From Candidatus Cloacimonadales bacterium (lineage in GTDB: Bacteria > Cloacimonadota > Cloacimonadia > Cloacimonadales > JAFGVF01): a DNA stretch of 64,000 nt. The stretch's first letter is position 1. Each line of letters begins with the position of its first letter. The notes beneath the pieces are model-generated. The model was not told the origin of the DNA and searched no databases. It worked only from the letters and a program-made list of their open reading frames with translations. Below, piece by piece: positions 23,771 through 32,804 of this stretch. The stretch lies in assembly GCA_963677495.2 (NCBI GenBank), contig CAXXOU010000004.1:1-64000 (forward strand). Direction: 5' to 3'. A program made the translations under genes and the position numbers.

Positions 23771-24223
23771 ATGAAGATTAAGTACATGAAAGGCTTTAAG
23801 GCCTTTAGCGGAAAGATGGACGAGTTAGTCTATTGCGTTGAGAAATCGTCAGGAGCTGTTTGGGCACGAGAGTATGTCTTACCCAGACTCACAGAGAACA
23901 ATCGAAACATGGGTCTAAGATCCTCGAACCTTTCACGCTTCTACCTGTCAGTAAGCCCCGGATATAAACAGGATTTGGAGGACTACAGTGATAGATTGAA
24001 TCTACTAACGGTCGGGACGGGGCATAGATGCAATGCATCAGCACTTGTGAATAAAATCATGTATGCGTTGAAACGAAAACTACCGGAGTTGGATTTAACG
24101 ACAATCACACCCACGCAAGTTATGCAGATAGGATTACCTGTACGAACAGTAAGAGAAGCTGTTGAAGCTGGCTTGATACCGATTGTTCCTCGATATGATG
24201 AGTTGGAGAATTTGATAATTTAA
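23771..24223 (+). CDS. Uncharacterised 150-aa protein, paralog of 58745-59197
   Basis: AAGGAG RBS before ATG 23771; gap-free alignment with 58745-59197 (65/150 identical by hand count). Confidence 0.85.
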   Translation: MKIKYMKGFKAFSGKMDELVYCVEKSSGAVWAREYVLPRLTENNRNMGLRSSNLSRFYLSVSPGYKQDLEDYSDRLNLLTVGTGHRCNASALVNKIMYALKRKLPELDLTTITPTQVMQIGLPVRTVREAVEAGLIPIVPRYDELENLII

Positions 24224-24230
24224 AAAGAGC

Positions 24231-24259
24231 TTGACACTGATAATTTTAGATTCTACATT
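24231..24259 (+). promoter_or_regulatory. sigma70-type promoter for the TonB-like gene
   Basis: TTGACA-N17-TACATT. Confidence 0.6.
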
Positions 24260-24287
24260 AGAATTGGATTATTTATAATCGAAGGGA

Positions 24288-24983
24288 GTGCTTATGAAAG
24301 TTTTAATAATTATATTATTAACCACATTGCTTTGCGTGTTTAACTTAAATAGTTATGTTAGGGGCTTTCATTACCCAGATGATCCTCCGGAATGTATAGA
24401 ATCTGGAGAACCTGAATATACTAAAGCAGGCGCGCTAGCTTTGATTGAAGGAAGTGTTCTTGTTGAGGTTCAAGTCTTGGCTAGTGGGGAAATAGGGGAA
24501 ATTAATGTAATTGAACCTTTAGATAATAATGTGTATGGTTTAGATCAAGCAGCAGTTAAGGCTGCTAGAAAATTCAAGTTCAAACCTGCTAAATCATCAG
24601 GACGAGTTGTTGATTGTAGGGTGCAATTCCCAATATCTTTTTACTTAAGAGAATCAAGAGCAGTGCCAATTAGTACTGTTGAACCAAAATATAGTAAAAA
24701 AGCTTTGAAAAGCGGTTTGAAAGGAGATGTTGAAGTCAAGTTTGAAGTATTTAAAACAGGGGAGATTGGGGAAGTTATAATCACACAATCACTTGATGAA
24801 AATAAGTATGGTATTCATAAAAGTATTATTGATGCTATAAAACAATATAAGTACAAACCGAAAACTATAGAGGGATATCCAGTAGATAGTTGGGTAGAAA
24901 AATCATTTAGATTCTTTTCTGTGAAACCAGTGAAATCAAAACAACGTAGAAAGTACAATGTTCCAACTATCCGTAAATTATAG
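24288..24983 (+). CDS. TonB-family protein with two tandem TonB C-terminal domains
   Basis: Repeats PEYTKA..EGSV.V.V...G..LDQAA..A..F.FKPA and PKYSKKA..GDV.V.F...G..A..Y.YKP. Confidence 0.8.
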   Translation: MLMKVLIIILLTTLLCVFNLNSYVRGFHYPDDPPECIESGEPEYTKAGALALIEGSVLVEVQVLASGEIGEINVIEPLDNNVYGLDQAAVKAARKFKFKPAKSSGRVVDCRVQFPISFYLRESRAVPISTVEPKYSKKALKSGLKGDVEVKFEVFKTGEIGEVIITQSLDENKYGIHKSIIDAIKQYKYKPKTIEGYPVDSWVEKSFRFFSVKPVKSKQRRKYNVPTIRKL

Positions 24984-25065
24984 TTCATTTTATTCCATTT
25001 AAAGCATTGTTCTAATGCCATCACCTAAAGATTTAATTCATAATTCTGACAAACTTCTTGATAAT

Positions 25066-25092
25066 AAAAAAGCCCTGTGTTTACAGGGCTTT
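25066..25092. terminator. Intrinsic terminator
   Basis: AAAGCCCTGT-gttt-ACAGGGCTTT. Confidence 0.75.
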
Positions 25093-25109
25093 ATATGTGA
25101 TATTGATAT

Positions 25110-26447
25110 TTACGCTTTATGGATTGGTTCACCCAGCCAGTCAAAGCCGGCTTCCATGAGAGATTCTGAGATGGTAGGATGAGCATGTACTGTTTGGGCC
25201 AGTTCGTAAACTGTGCCTTCCATCTTCATAAGTGCTGTTGCTTCACTGATCATATCAGTTGCGTCAGCGGCTACAATTTGTACACCTAACACTTCACCAT
25301 ACTTGGTCTCTGAAAGGATTCTTACAAACCCTTCAGCATCTCCGGAAGCAAGGGCTTTTCCATTGGCGTTGAGAGTAAACTCGCTTGCTTTATAATCTAT
25401 ATTCTGCTCTTTAATCTCTGATTCCGTAAGACCTACCTGAGCTATTTCAGGAACTGAGTAGATGTTCACAGGAATAAGATTATCGTTATCTGAAGTTACT
25501 CCTTTAATCGAGTTAACAACCTTTAATCCCTGCGCTGAAGCTGCATGAGCAAGATAGCTCTTACCATTCACATCTCCAACTGCAAAGATATTTTCTGTGG
25601 AGGTATGAAGGTCGTTGTTAACTTTCAAGTAGGCTCCATCCATATCCAAATCGATGTTAGATTCCGGCAAGATAGCGTTGCGCCAGCTTGCATTAATAAT
25701 TTTATCAAACTCTATTGTTTTTGTGCCTGTGAGAAGGTTATTGCCCTCAATCTTGAACTCTTTATCAAGTACAAGAGTGACCTTTGCCTTCTTCAGCTTT
25801 CTTGTTACATACTTTTGAACATATTCATCGATACCGGGAAGTAGTTCATCTCCGGGAACAAGTAGTGTTGGCTTTACACCTATCAATCGATAGAACTCAG
25901 CAGTTTCAAGTGCTACGGGTCCTACACCGATTATAAGTGGTTTCTTTGGCAACTCAGGTTGCTGGAGCATTGTTTCAAGCTCAATCACAAGTTCAGGGTC
26001 TACATTCTCAAGCTTTGCAGGTTTAGAACCCGTTGCAATTATGATACTCTCAGCTTGAATAATGCGATTCTCAACCTCAATCTCATGAGCATTCAGAATC
26101 CGTCCTGCTCCTTTGATGAACTCAACATTGTTCTTTTTCCAGAGATACTCGATTCCTTTTGTCAACTTACCTACAACTGAACCGGCACGAGTACTTGCCT
26201 TATTCCAATCAAAACTGATTGCTTTAGGGTCAATACCTGCTATCCCAAACTTATCTGCTTGAGAGATCTTATTGAAAAGCTTAGCACTTTCTAGTAGAGC
26301 TTTGGTAGGAATGCAACCCCAGTTAAGGCACATTCCACCAACGTACTTCTTATCAATGATAACGGTCTTAAGACCTAATTGTCCTGCACGGATAGCGGAG
26401 ACATATCCTCCGGGACCGGCACCAATTATAGCTACATCATATTGCAT
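25110..26447 (-). CDS. lpdA: Dihydrolipoyl dehydrogenase (E3) with atypical NAD-binding domain
   Basis: GAGPGG FAD motif, GGMCLNWGCIPTK redox disulfide, HAHPTISE. Confidence 0.9.
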   Translation of the reverse strand: MQYDVAIIGAGPGGYVSAIRAGQLGLKTVIIDKKYVGGMCLNWGCIPTKALLESAKLFNKISQADKFGIAGIDPKAISFDWNKASTRAGSVVGKLTKGIEYLWKKNNVEFIKGAGRILNAHEIEVENRIIQAESIIIATGSKPAKLENVDPELVIELETMLQQPELPKKPLIIGVGPVALETAEFYRLIGVKPTLLVPGDELLPGIDEYVQKYVTRKLKKAKVTLVLDKEFKIEGNNLLTGTKTIEFDKIINASWRNAILPESNIDLDMDGAYLKVNNDLHTSTENIFAVGDVNGKSYLAHAASAQGLKVVNSIKGVTSDNDNLIPVNIYSVPEIAQVGLTESEIKEQNIDYKASEFTLNANGKALASGDAEGFVRILSETKYGEVLGVQIVAADATDMISEATALMKMEGTVYELAQTVHAHPTISESLMEAGFDWLGEPIHKA

Positions 26448-26455
26448 TTTACCTC

Positions 26456-27721
26456 CTAATCCATCATCATTGAGATTGGGTCATCAAGATATGCGATGAA
26501 ATCACGGATAAAGCGTGTTGTACCACCACCATCAAGGATTCTATGATCCACTGATAGTGAGAGTGGCAACATCTGCCCGATTACTATCTCATCATTTTGC
26601 ACGATTGGACGTTTTGTGATTCTACCAACACCCATGATTCCTACTTCCGGATGGTTGATTACAGGAACACCGAACCAGCCACCAAGGGAACCATAGTTTG
26701 TGATTGTGAAAGTACCACCCTGCATCTCAGCAAGACTCAATTTACGTTCTAGAGCTCTCTTTGAGAGGTCTGCTAAATCAATAGCCAACTGCTTGATACT
26801 CTTCTTATCAGCATCTTTGAGAACCGGAACAACCAGACCATCTTCTGTATCCATAGCAATACCGATATTGTAGTATTTCTTGGTGATAATCTGACCATTA
26901 TCCATATCAAGTTCGGAGTTCATTGTAGGATGCTTCTTAAGAGCAAGAACAAGTGCTTTAATGATGAAAGGTATATAAGTAAGCTTAATACCCTCTTCTG
27001 CAAAGCGAACTTTGTATCTGTTTCTCACATCAACAAGGGTTCCAATCTCTACTTCATCAAATACGGTCATATGAGCAGCAGTCTGCTTGGACTTAGCCAT
27101 ATTGCGAGCAATTGCTTTACGTATTTGACTTATTGGGCTTATCTCAACTAAAGCTGAGCTGTCAGTTTCTTGAGTAGCAACAGTTGTAGCAGGTTTTGAA
27201 GCAGCACGTTTGATATCTGCTTTTGTTACTCTACCAGCAGGACCTGAACCTTTAATCTGGTTAATATCTAGGCCATAGTCCTTAGCCATTGCTCTTGCAA
27301 CAGGAGTCGCAAGAACTTTGTGCTTCTTAACAACTGTCTCTTCCTTTTTAGTATCGATACCTTCATTAGAAGCAGGTAGGAATGAACCCTCTTTTGCCAC
27401 CTCGATTGTACCGACAACACCAGCGAATCCCTCTTCATCTACAGACTCAGATTTTGGAGCTTCAGGTTCTGCAGTTGCGGAACCTTCAATTTCAATCTCA
27501 GCTAAGGGATTACCAACATTCACAACTTCACCTTCTGAACCATAGAGAGTGACAATTGTACCCTCTTTAGGGGAAGGGATATCTGTAACCACTTTATCTG
27601 TTTCCATCTTAACGAGTGAGTCACCCATCTTAACAGCTTGACCTTTCTTGACATACCATTCAACGATACGTCCCTCTTCCAGTCCTTCACCTATATCAGG
27701 AAAATTGAATACATAACGCAT
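26456..27721 (-). CDS. pdhC: Dihydrolipoamide acyltransferase (E2)
   Basis: Lipoyl domain ETDKV, E3-binding ATPVARAMA..GSGPAGRV, catalytic DHRILDG. Confidence 0.9.
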   Translation of the reverse strand: MRYVFNFPDIGEGLEEGRIVEWYVKKGQAVKMGDSLVKMETDKVVTDIPSPKEGTIVTLYGSEGEVVNVGNPLAEIEIEGSATAEPEAPKSESVDEEGFAGVVGTIEVAKEGSFLPASNEGIDTKKEETVVKKHKVLATPVARAMAKDYGLDINQIKGSGPAGRVTKADIKRAASKPATTVATQETDSSALVEISPISQIRKAIARNMAKSKQTAAHMTVFDEVEIGTLVDVRNRYKVRFAEEGIKLTYIPFIIKALVLALKKHPTMNSELDMDNGQIITKKYYNIGIAMDTEDGLVVPVLKDADKKSIKQLAIDLADLSKRALERKLSLAEMQGGTFTITNYGSLGGWFGVPVINHPEVGIMGVGRITKRPIVQNDEIVIGQMLPLSLSVDHRILDGGGTTRFIRDFIAYLDDPISMMMD

Positions 27722-27729
27722 CGTACCTC

Positions 27730-28707
27730 CTAATACTTCACAAGCTTCTGAATGTTATAGAAGATCTGATCAGGTTCAATTCTGAAATAATCTTCATTCA
27801 GAGGTAATGGGATAATAGTGTCAAATCCACCCATTCTTGTTGGTGGTGCTTCAAGGTTTAGGAAGTTCTCTTCTACAGTGATAGCCATCAATTCTGAAGC
27901 TACACTATAACTTCTTTGGGCTTCGATTACGGTCAGTAGTCGGCCTGTTTTTGCTACAGATTCTTTGATAGTTGCTCTATCGATTGGAGAGATGGTTCTC
28001 AGGTCGATTAACTCAACTGAGATACCCTCTTTTTTTGCCATGACCATTGCTCTTTGAACTTCTCTGACCATAGCACCGTAGGTAACGACTGTTATGTCTG
28101 TACCTGCAGATACAACTTTAGCTTTACCAAGCGGGATTGAGTATTTCTCTTCAGGAACTTCCTGCTTGATAGCTCTATATATTTTTTTAGGCTCCATAAA
28201 GATAACCGGATCATTAGATTCGATTGCACTTACGAGGAGTCCCTTTGCATCATAAGGAGTTGATGGAATTACTACTTTTAATCCGGGAGTATGTGAGTAG
28301 TATGCTTCCGGACTTTCAGAGTGATGTTCAAGGGCATTGATTCCACCACCGTATGGGAATCTGATTACCATAGGGACAGCGAATTTACCACGTGTTCTAT
28401 TTCTAAATCTTGATACGTGTGATACTATTTGGTTAAAGGCAGGATATGTGAAACCATCAAACTGGAGCTCAACAACCGGTCTCATACCTGTTATTGCCAT
28501 ACCAAGTGCAGTTCCCACTATACCTGATTCTGCAAGTGGTGAATCGAAAACTCTCTCAACTCCATGCTTTTCCTGGAGGCCTTCTGTTAGTCTGAAAACA
28601 CCACCTTCAACACCGGCATCTTCTCCATACATCACCACTTCCGGATGCTCTTCCAGCATCAGATCCATTGCATTATTTATTGCTTGTACCATGTTCATGA
28701 CTTTCAT
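27730..28707 (-). CDS. pdhB: 2-oxoacid (pyruvate/branched-chain) dehydrogenase E1 beta
   Basis: GED, GGVFR, DSPLAESGIVG, HHSESPE; TAATG overlap with E1 alpha. Confidence 0.88.
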   Translation of the reverse strand: MKVMNMVQAINNAMDLMLEEHPEVVMYGEDAGVEGGVFRLTEGLQEKHGVERVFDSPLAESGIVGTALGMAITGMRPVVELQFDGFTYPAFNQIVSHVSRFRNRTRGKFAVPMVIRFPYGGGINALEHHSESPEAYYSHTPGLKVVIPSTPYDAKGLLVSAIESNDPVIFMEPKKIYRAIKQEVPEEKYSIPLGKAKVVSAGTDITVVTYGAMVREVQRAMVMAKKEGISVELIDLRTISPIDRATIKESVAKTGRLLTVIEAQRSYSVASELMAITVEENFLNLEAPPTRMGGFDTIIPLPLNEDYFRIEPDQIFYNIQKLVKY

Positions 28708-29792
28708 TATTTTCCCTCCTTCCACTGAAGGTAGTTTTCATACTCTACTTTCTGTCTCTTCAAGTGTTCAGGTAGTTCCTCGAACATATGATCGAAGACA
28801 TCATTCAGATTTTTCTTATATAGCTCTTCCGCTTTCACGAACTCTTTCTCAACTTTTTGCTTATACTCATCGATGAGTGCACTTTCCTTCTTTTCGTTCC
28901 ATAGACCTTTGCTTTCGAGATACTTTCTCAATCTACTTACAGGGTCTTTCTTAGCCCATTCCTCTTCCATCTCAGAAGTTCTATAACGGGTTGGATCATC
29001 TGAAGTTGTATGTGCACCCATTCTGAAGGTTTCAGCTTCTATAAGAACAGGACCGTTGCCCTCTTCTGCATATTTTCTGGCATACTCCACTGCCTGATAC
29101 ATGGCGAAGATATCATTACCATCGACATGCAGGGCTGGGATTCCATATCCAACACCCTTGTTTGCGAGATATTCAGCTGCACTTTGCTTTTGGCGTGGAA
29201 CTGAGATTGCAAACTGGTTGTTTTGTACGATGAAGATAACAGGTGCTTTCCATACACCGGCAAAGTTGAGAGCTTCATGGAAATCACCTTCAGAAGTTCC
29301 ACCGTCACCAACAAATGTATATACTACACCGGGTTTCTTGTTATGCTTAATTGAGTAACCAATACCAGCAGCATGTAGTAGCTGTGATGCAATTGGTACT
29401 GAAGATGGGAGCATATGAGGAGCGTTCTTCATAATCGATCCTCTTTCATCCCCTTTGAAATATAGGAAAATCTCATGAAGTTCAACGCCTTTTGCTAACC
29501 ATGCAGCTAACTCTCTAAAAGCCGGAACAACCCAGTCTTCATCTTTATTCACAAGACCGACAGCTGTTGCAATAGCTTCCTGTCCAAGATTAGGTGGATA
29601 TGTGAACATGCGTCCCTGTCTTTGAAAACTTACAGCCATTAGGTCTGCTTGTCTCGCAAAGAGCATCTTCTCCATTGCTTTCACCCAAAATGCATCGTCA
29701 TCATTTGGAATCTCCTTACCTCGCAGGAGTTTACCATTATCATCTATAATTTTTACAATCTTCCCTTTAAGGGGGTCATATTGTTTAAACAT
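28707..29792 (-). CDS. pdhA: 2-oxoacid (pyruvate/branched-chain) dehydrogenase E1 alpha
   Basis: GQEA, TPP motif GDGGTSEGDFHEALN...NNQFAIS, HTTSDDP; GGAGG RBS. Confidence 0.88.
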   Translation of the reverse strand: MFKQYDPLKGKIVKIIDDNGKLLRGKEIPNDDDAFWVKAMEKMLFARQADLMAVSFQRQGRMFTYPPNLGQEAIATAVGLVNKDEDWVVPAFRELAAWLAKGVELHEIFLYFKGDERGSIMKNAPHMLPSSVPIASQLLHAAGIGYSIKHNKKPGVVYTFVGDGGTSEGDFHEALNFAGVWKAPVIFIVQNNQFAISVPRQKQSAAEYLANKGVGYGIPALHVDGNDIFAMYQAVEYARKYAEEGNGPVLIEAETFRMGAHTTSDDPTRYRTSEMEEEWAKKDPVSRLRKYLESKGLWNEKKESALIDEYKQKVEKEFVKAEELYKKNLNDVFDHMFEELPEHLKRQKVEYENYLQWKEGK

Positions 29793-30142
29793 CTTACATA
29801 CCTCCAAAGATATTTTGATTTGTTTATAGTTTAGACGAGTCTAACAAATTCCCCAATAAAAAATTTTTGCTTAGAAATATTCGCATCACTATTAATGGTT
29901 TAGAGGATAGGTGGTATGGCTGTTTACATAGCAATAATAAAGCCTTCATCTGGCTGTTTTTTTACTTAAATGTTTCAATAATATTTCCTTCTGCACTCCT
30001 GTTACCAATCATTTCCCACAAAAGGTTTCAGCAATTTATTCTCTTTCTATTCTCCACATCCAGCATTCAACATTTAGCATTTTGCATTTTGCATTTATTT
30101 AGCATTTTTCTACTACAAGTCTGGTATGTCCGGCATCAAAAA

Positions 30143-30227
30143 CCTAGAATCTCGCTAGTTCCACCCTTTAGCCTCCCTAGACCCTCCCTATGAAGTGCTA
30201 AAGTTATCCACATCGTGTGCATAACTT
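30143..30227. repeat. 11-bp-phased array (core CCTA) abutting an inverted DnaA-box pair
   Basis: CCTA-like at 30143, 30154, 30165, 30176, 30187; AAG-TTATCCACA-tcg-TGTGCATAA-CTT at 30201-30227. Confidence 0.7.
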
Positions 30228-30360
30228 ATTTAACGGTGCAAGAAGGTTCTTGATGCGATTAGATAAAGAGAAGGTATTGAATAAGTAAGATATTATACCT
30301 TTTCAATGGTCCTTAGACCTTGAAAATGGTACTCTTGTAATGTGGCATTAACATCTTCGA

Positions 30361-30408
30361 GTTACGCACTTCCCCAAACTCCCGTTGGTCGTACAGGTGA
30401 CCGCTTCA
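30361..30408 (+). repeat. REP-like element, family 2
   Basis: TTCCCCAAACTCCCGTTGGTCGTACAGGTGACCGCTTC, similar to 42747-42794 and the reverse of 59205-59241. Confidence 0.75.
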
Positions 30409-30527
30409 CAAACATCGACCACTCCGAGTTGAACCATTCTGAAGGTCTGCAACCATTCAGAAAGTACAGTGTACTTGCTTCGTTCTTACATCATACTATC
30501 ACCACAATGCAAGTCCGAAGGATTAAT

Positions 30528-31169
30528 TTATAAACTATATACCCTCTTTCTAATAGCTAAAAGCCTTTCTACTTCATCTTCAGGTAGAAGAGGGATCTCT
30601 CCAAGTTGTTTTAGGTTTAGATAGACTTGAGCACATTGTTCGAGAGTCTCAAGATTACGGTATGCTTGCTCTGCATCAGGCCCAAATGTAACAGCACCAT
30701 GCTTTTCGAGAAGTAGGGCAGAGGAGGAACCAATCTTTTCTGCTATGTCATCACAAAGAGCTTGGGTACCTGGTGTTCCATAGCTAACAATAGGAACAAA
30801 CCCAAGAGTGATGATAAGTTCTGCTAAGAAAGGTTTATCCAAGGCAATACCGGCACAAGCGAGAGTTGTAGATGCTACGGGATGAGCATGACAGATGAAG
30901 TTTACATCGGGTCGATTCCTGTATATTTCAAGGTGTAGCTTAATCTCTGAAGAAGGAGTGCTATTACTATCAATAGCATTGCCAAGTGAATCTACTAGAA
31001 TTACATCATCTTCAGTTAAGCGTCCTTTACATGCACCGGAAACAGTTATAAGGTATTCATTATCATTAAGTCTTGTACTAATGTTGCCGTCTGCAGCAAT
31101 AGAATACCTGTAGTTATACATCAAACGACCGATTCTTATTAATTCTTGTGTTGCTTTTGCTAAATCCAT
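30528..31169 (-). CDS. Class II aldolase/adducin-family protein
   Basis: GNIS.R, PSSE..LH, HAHP, HG metal-binding residues. Confidence 0.88.
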   Translation of the reverse strand: MDLAKATQELIRIGRLMYNYRYSIAADGNISTRLNDNEYLITVSGACKGRLTEDDVILVDSLGNAIDSNSTPSSEIKLHLEIYRNRPDVNFICHAHPVASTTLACAGIALDKPFLAELIITLGFVPIVSYGTPGTQALCDDIAEKIGSSSALLLEKHGAVTFGPDAEQAYRNLETLEQCAQVYLNLKQLGEIPLLPEDEVERLLAIRKRVYSL

Positions 31170-31242
31170 ATCACACTTCCGAAATATTATTTGACATAAT
31201 AATTCTATCATGGTTCTATTTTGTCAATGATTACCATGAGAG

Positions 31243-32802
31243 GTGCACTTGATTAGAAGACATCTGATTACTGACATTCTGAAGGGAATATTGGTTGCAA
31301 TTGTTGCTGTTGCAGTATTGTTTGTAATAGTTTACAGTATTGTTGTACCTGAGACTAGTCCATTCTATAAAACAACAACCATTATACGAAACATAGTATA
31401 TGCACTGACTATAGGCTTTATCATTACTGTTGTTGTTCTTGAAAACCGGAATCCGGTGCGAGCTTTAGCATGGATACTAGCACTTTTAGCCATGCCCGGT
31501 GTGGGAATGTTTCTGTATATCTTCTTTGGAAGGAACTATCGTAAGCGCAAGATGTACAATACAAAAGCATTGAGAGATAACAAACTAGTACAAAAACTGA
31601 TAGCTGATGGAATACAGAAGAATGATGAAGCCCAATCGCATTTGGATAACCCTTTTCAGATAAAGATATCTAACTTGTTATACAATAACAGTAAAGCATT
31701 CTTAACTGTAGATAATCATGAGGATATATTTAAGGACGGGATAGAAGCCTTCGACGAAATCTTTGAGCAGATACGAGAAGCAAAAGAACATATTCATCTT
31801 GAGTATTTCTCAATCTCTAATGACTCAGTAGGCCGAGAGTTAAGAGCATTGCTTATTGATAAAGCTAGAGAGGGAGTTAAGATAAGGTTCATTATTGACT
31901 ATGTAGGATCACTGTTTCTTGGAAAACGATTTGTAAATAAGATGAGAGTGGAAGGAATTGAAGTAGCTTTCTTCTCTCCAACACAGTTTCCATTTATAAA
32001 CAGCAGATTGAACTATCGTAATCACAGGAAGATAATCGTGATTGATGGTGAAGTGGGTTTTGTAGGAGGATTGAATATTGGTGATAGTTATATGAGTAAA
32101 AGCAGATACTTTGGTTATTGGCGTGACACTCATATGAAACTTGTTGGGGAAGCAGTACGCTCTTTGCAGGCAATCTTTGCACTTGACTGGGAATATACAA
32201 CAAAAGAGAACCTCTTCAATGTAAGTAATTTCTATCCAACCAGAATCACTAATTATAACCCTATCCAGATAGTTTCTAGTGGACCTGACTCTGATTGGGC
32301 TAGTATTATGCAGGTCTATTTTACGATGATAGCAGGGGCATCTAAATCGATTAAGATTACAAGCCCATACTTAGTATTGGATGATAGCTTATTGATGAGT
32401 ATCAAAACAGCAGCTTTAAGTGGAATAGATGTTAAGATTATTATACCGGGAATCTCTGACCATCAGATAGTTTATTGGGGTACACAATCCTATATTCAGG
32501 AGCTTCTGGAAGCCGGAGTGAAAATATATCGTTACAAAAAAGGCTTCATTCATGCAAAGGTTTTGATAGCCGATCATCTCTGTGCTTCAGTTGGAACTGC
32601 TAATATGGATATAAGAAGTTTTAAGCATAACTTTGAAGTCAATGCATTGCTATTCGGAAAGGATGCAATTGGTAAACTTATAGACCAATTCGGACAAGAT
32701 TTAATGGATTGCGAAGAGATAGATTTGGAAGAATTCAATAAAAGAGGAAAGATTAGAAGGTTGAGAGAGTCGATTTGCAGACTCTTTTCGCCTTTGTTAT
32801 AA
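31243..32802 (+). CDS. cls: Cardiolipin synthase
   Basis: N-terminal TM helices; two HKD motifs (RNHRKIIVID, HAKVLIAD). Confidence 0.92.
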   Translation: MHLIRRHLITDILKGILVAIVAVAVLFVIVYSIVVPETSPFYKTTTIIRNIVYALTIGFIITVVVLENRNPVRALAWILALLAMPGVGMFLYIFFGRNYRKRKMYNTKALRDNKLVQKLIADGIQKNDEAQSHLDNPFQIKISNLLYNNSKAFLTVDNHEDIFKDGIEAFDEIFEQIREAKEHIHLEYFSISNDSVGRELRALLIDKAREGVKIRFIIDYVGSLFLGKRFVNKMRVEGIEVAFFSPTQFPFINSRLNYRNHRKIIVIDGEVGFVGGLNIGDSYMSKSRYFGYWRDTHMKLVGEAVRSLQAIFALDWEYTTKENLFNVSNFYPTRITNYNPIQIVSSGPDSDWASIMQVYFTMIAGASKSIKITSPYLVLDDSLLMSIKTAALSGIDVKIIIPGISDHQIVYWGTQSYIQELLEAGVKIYRYKKGFIHAKVLIADHLCASVGTANMDIRSFKHNFEVNALLFGKDAIGKLIDQFGQDLMDCEEIDLEEFNKRGKIRRLRESICRLFSPLL

Positions 32803-32804
32803 AT

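Noticed and set aside
30201..30227. Chromosomal replication origin
   Set aside because: Only two boxes per site, at two distant sites, with no dnaA/dnaN/gidA context.
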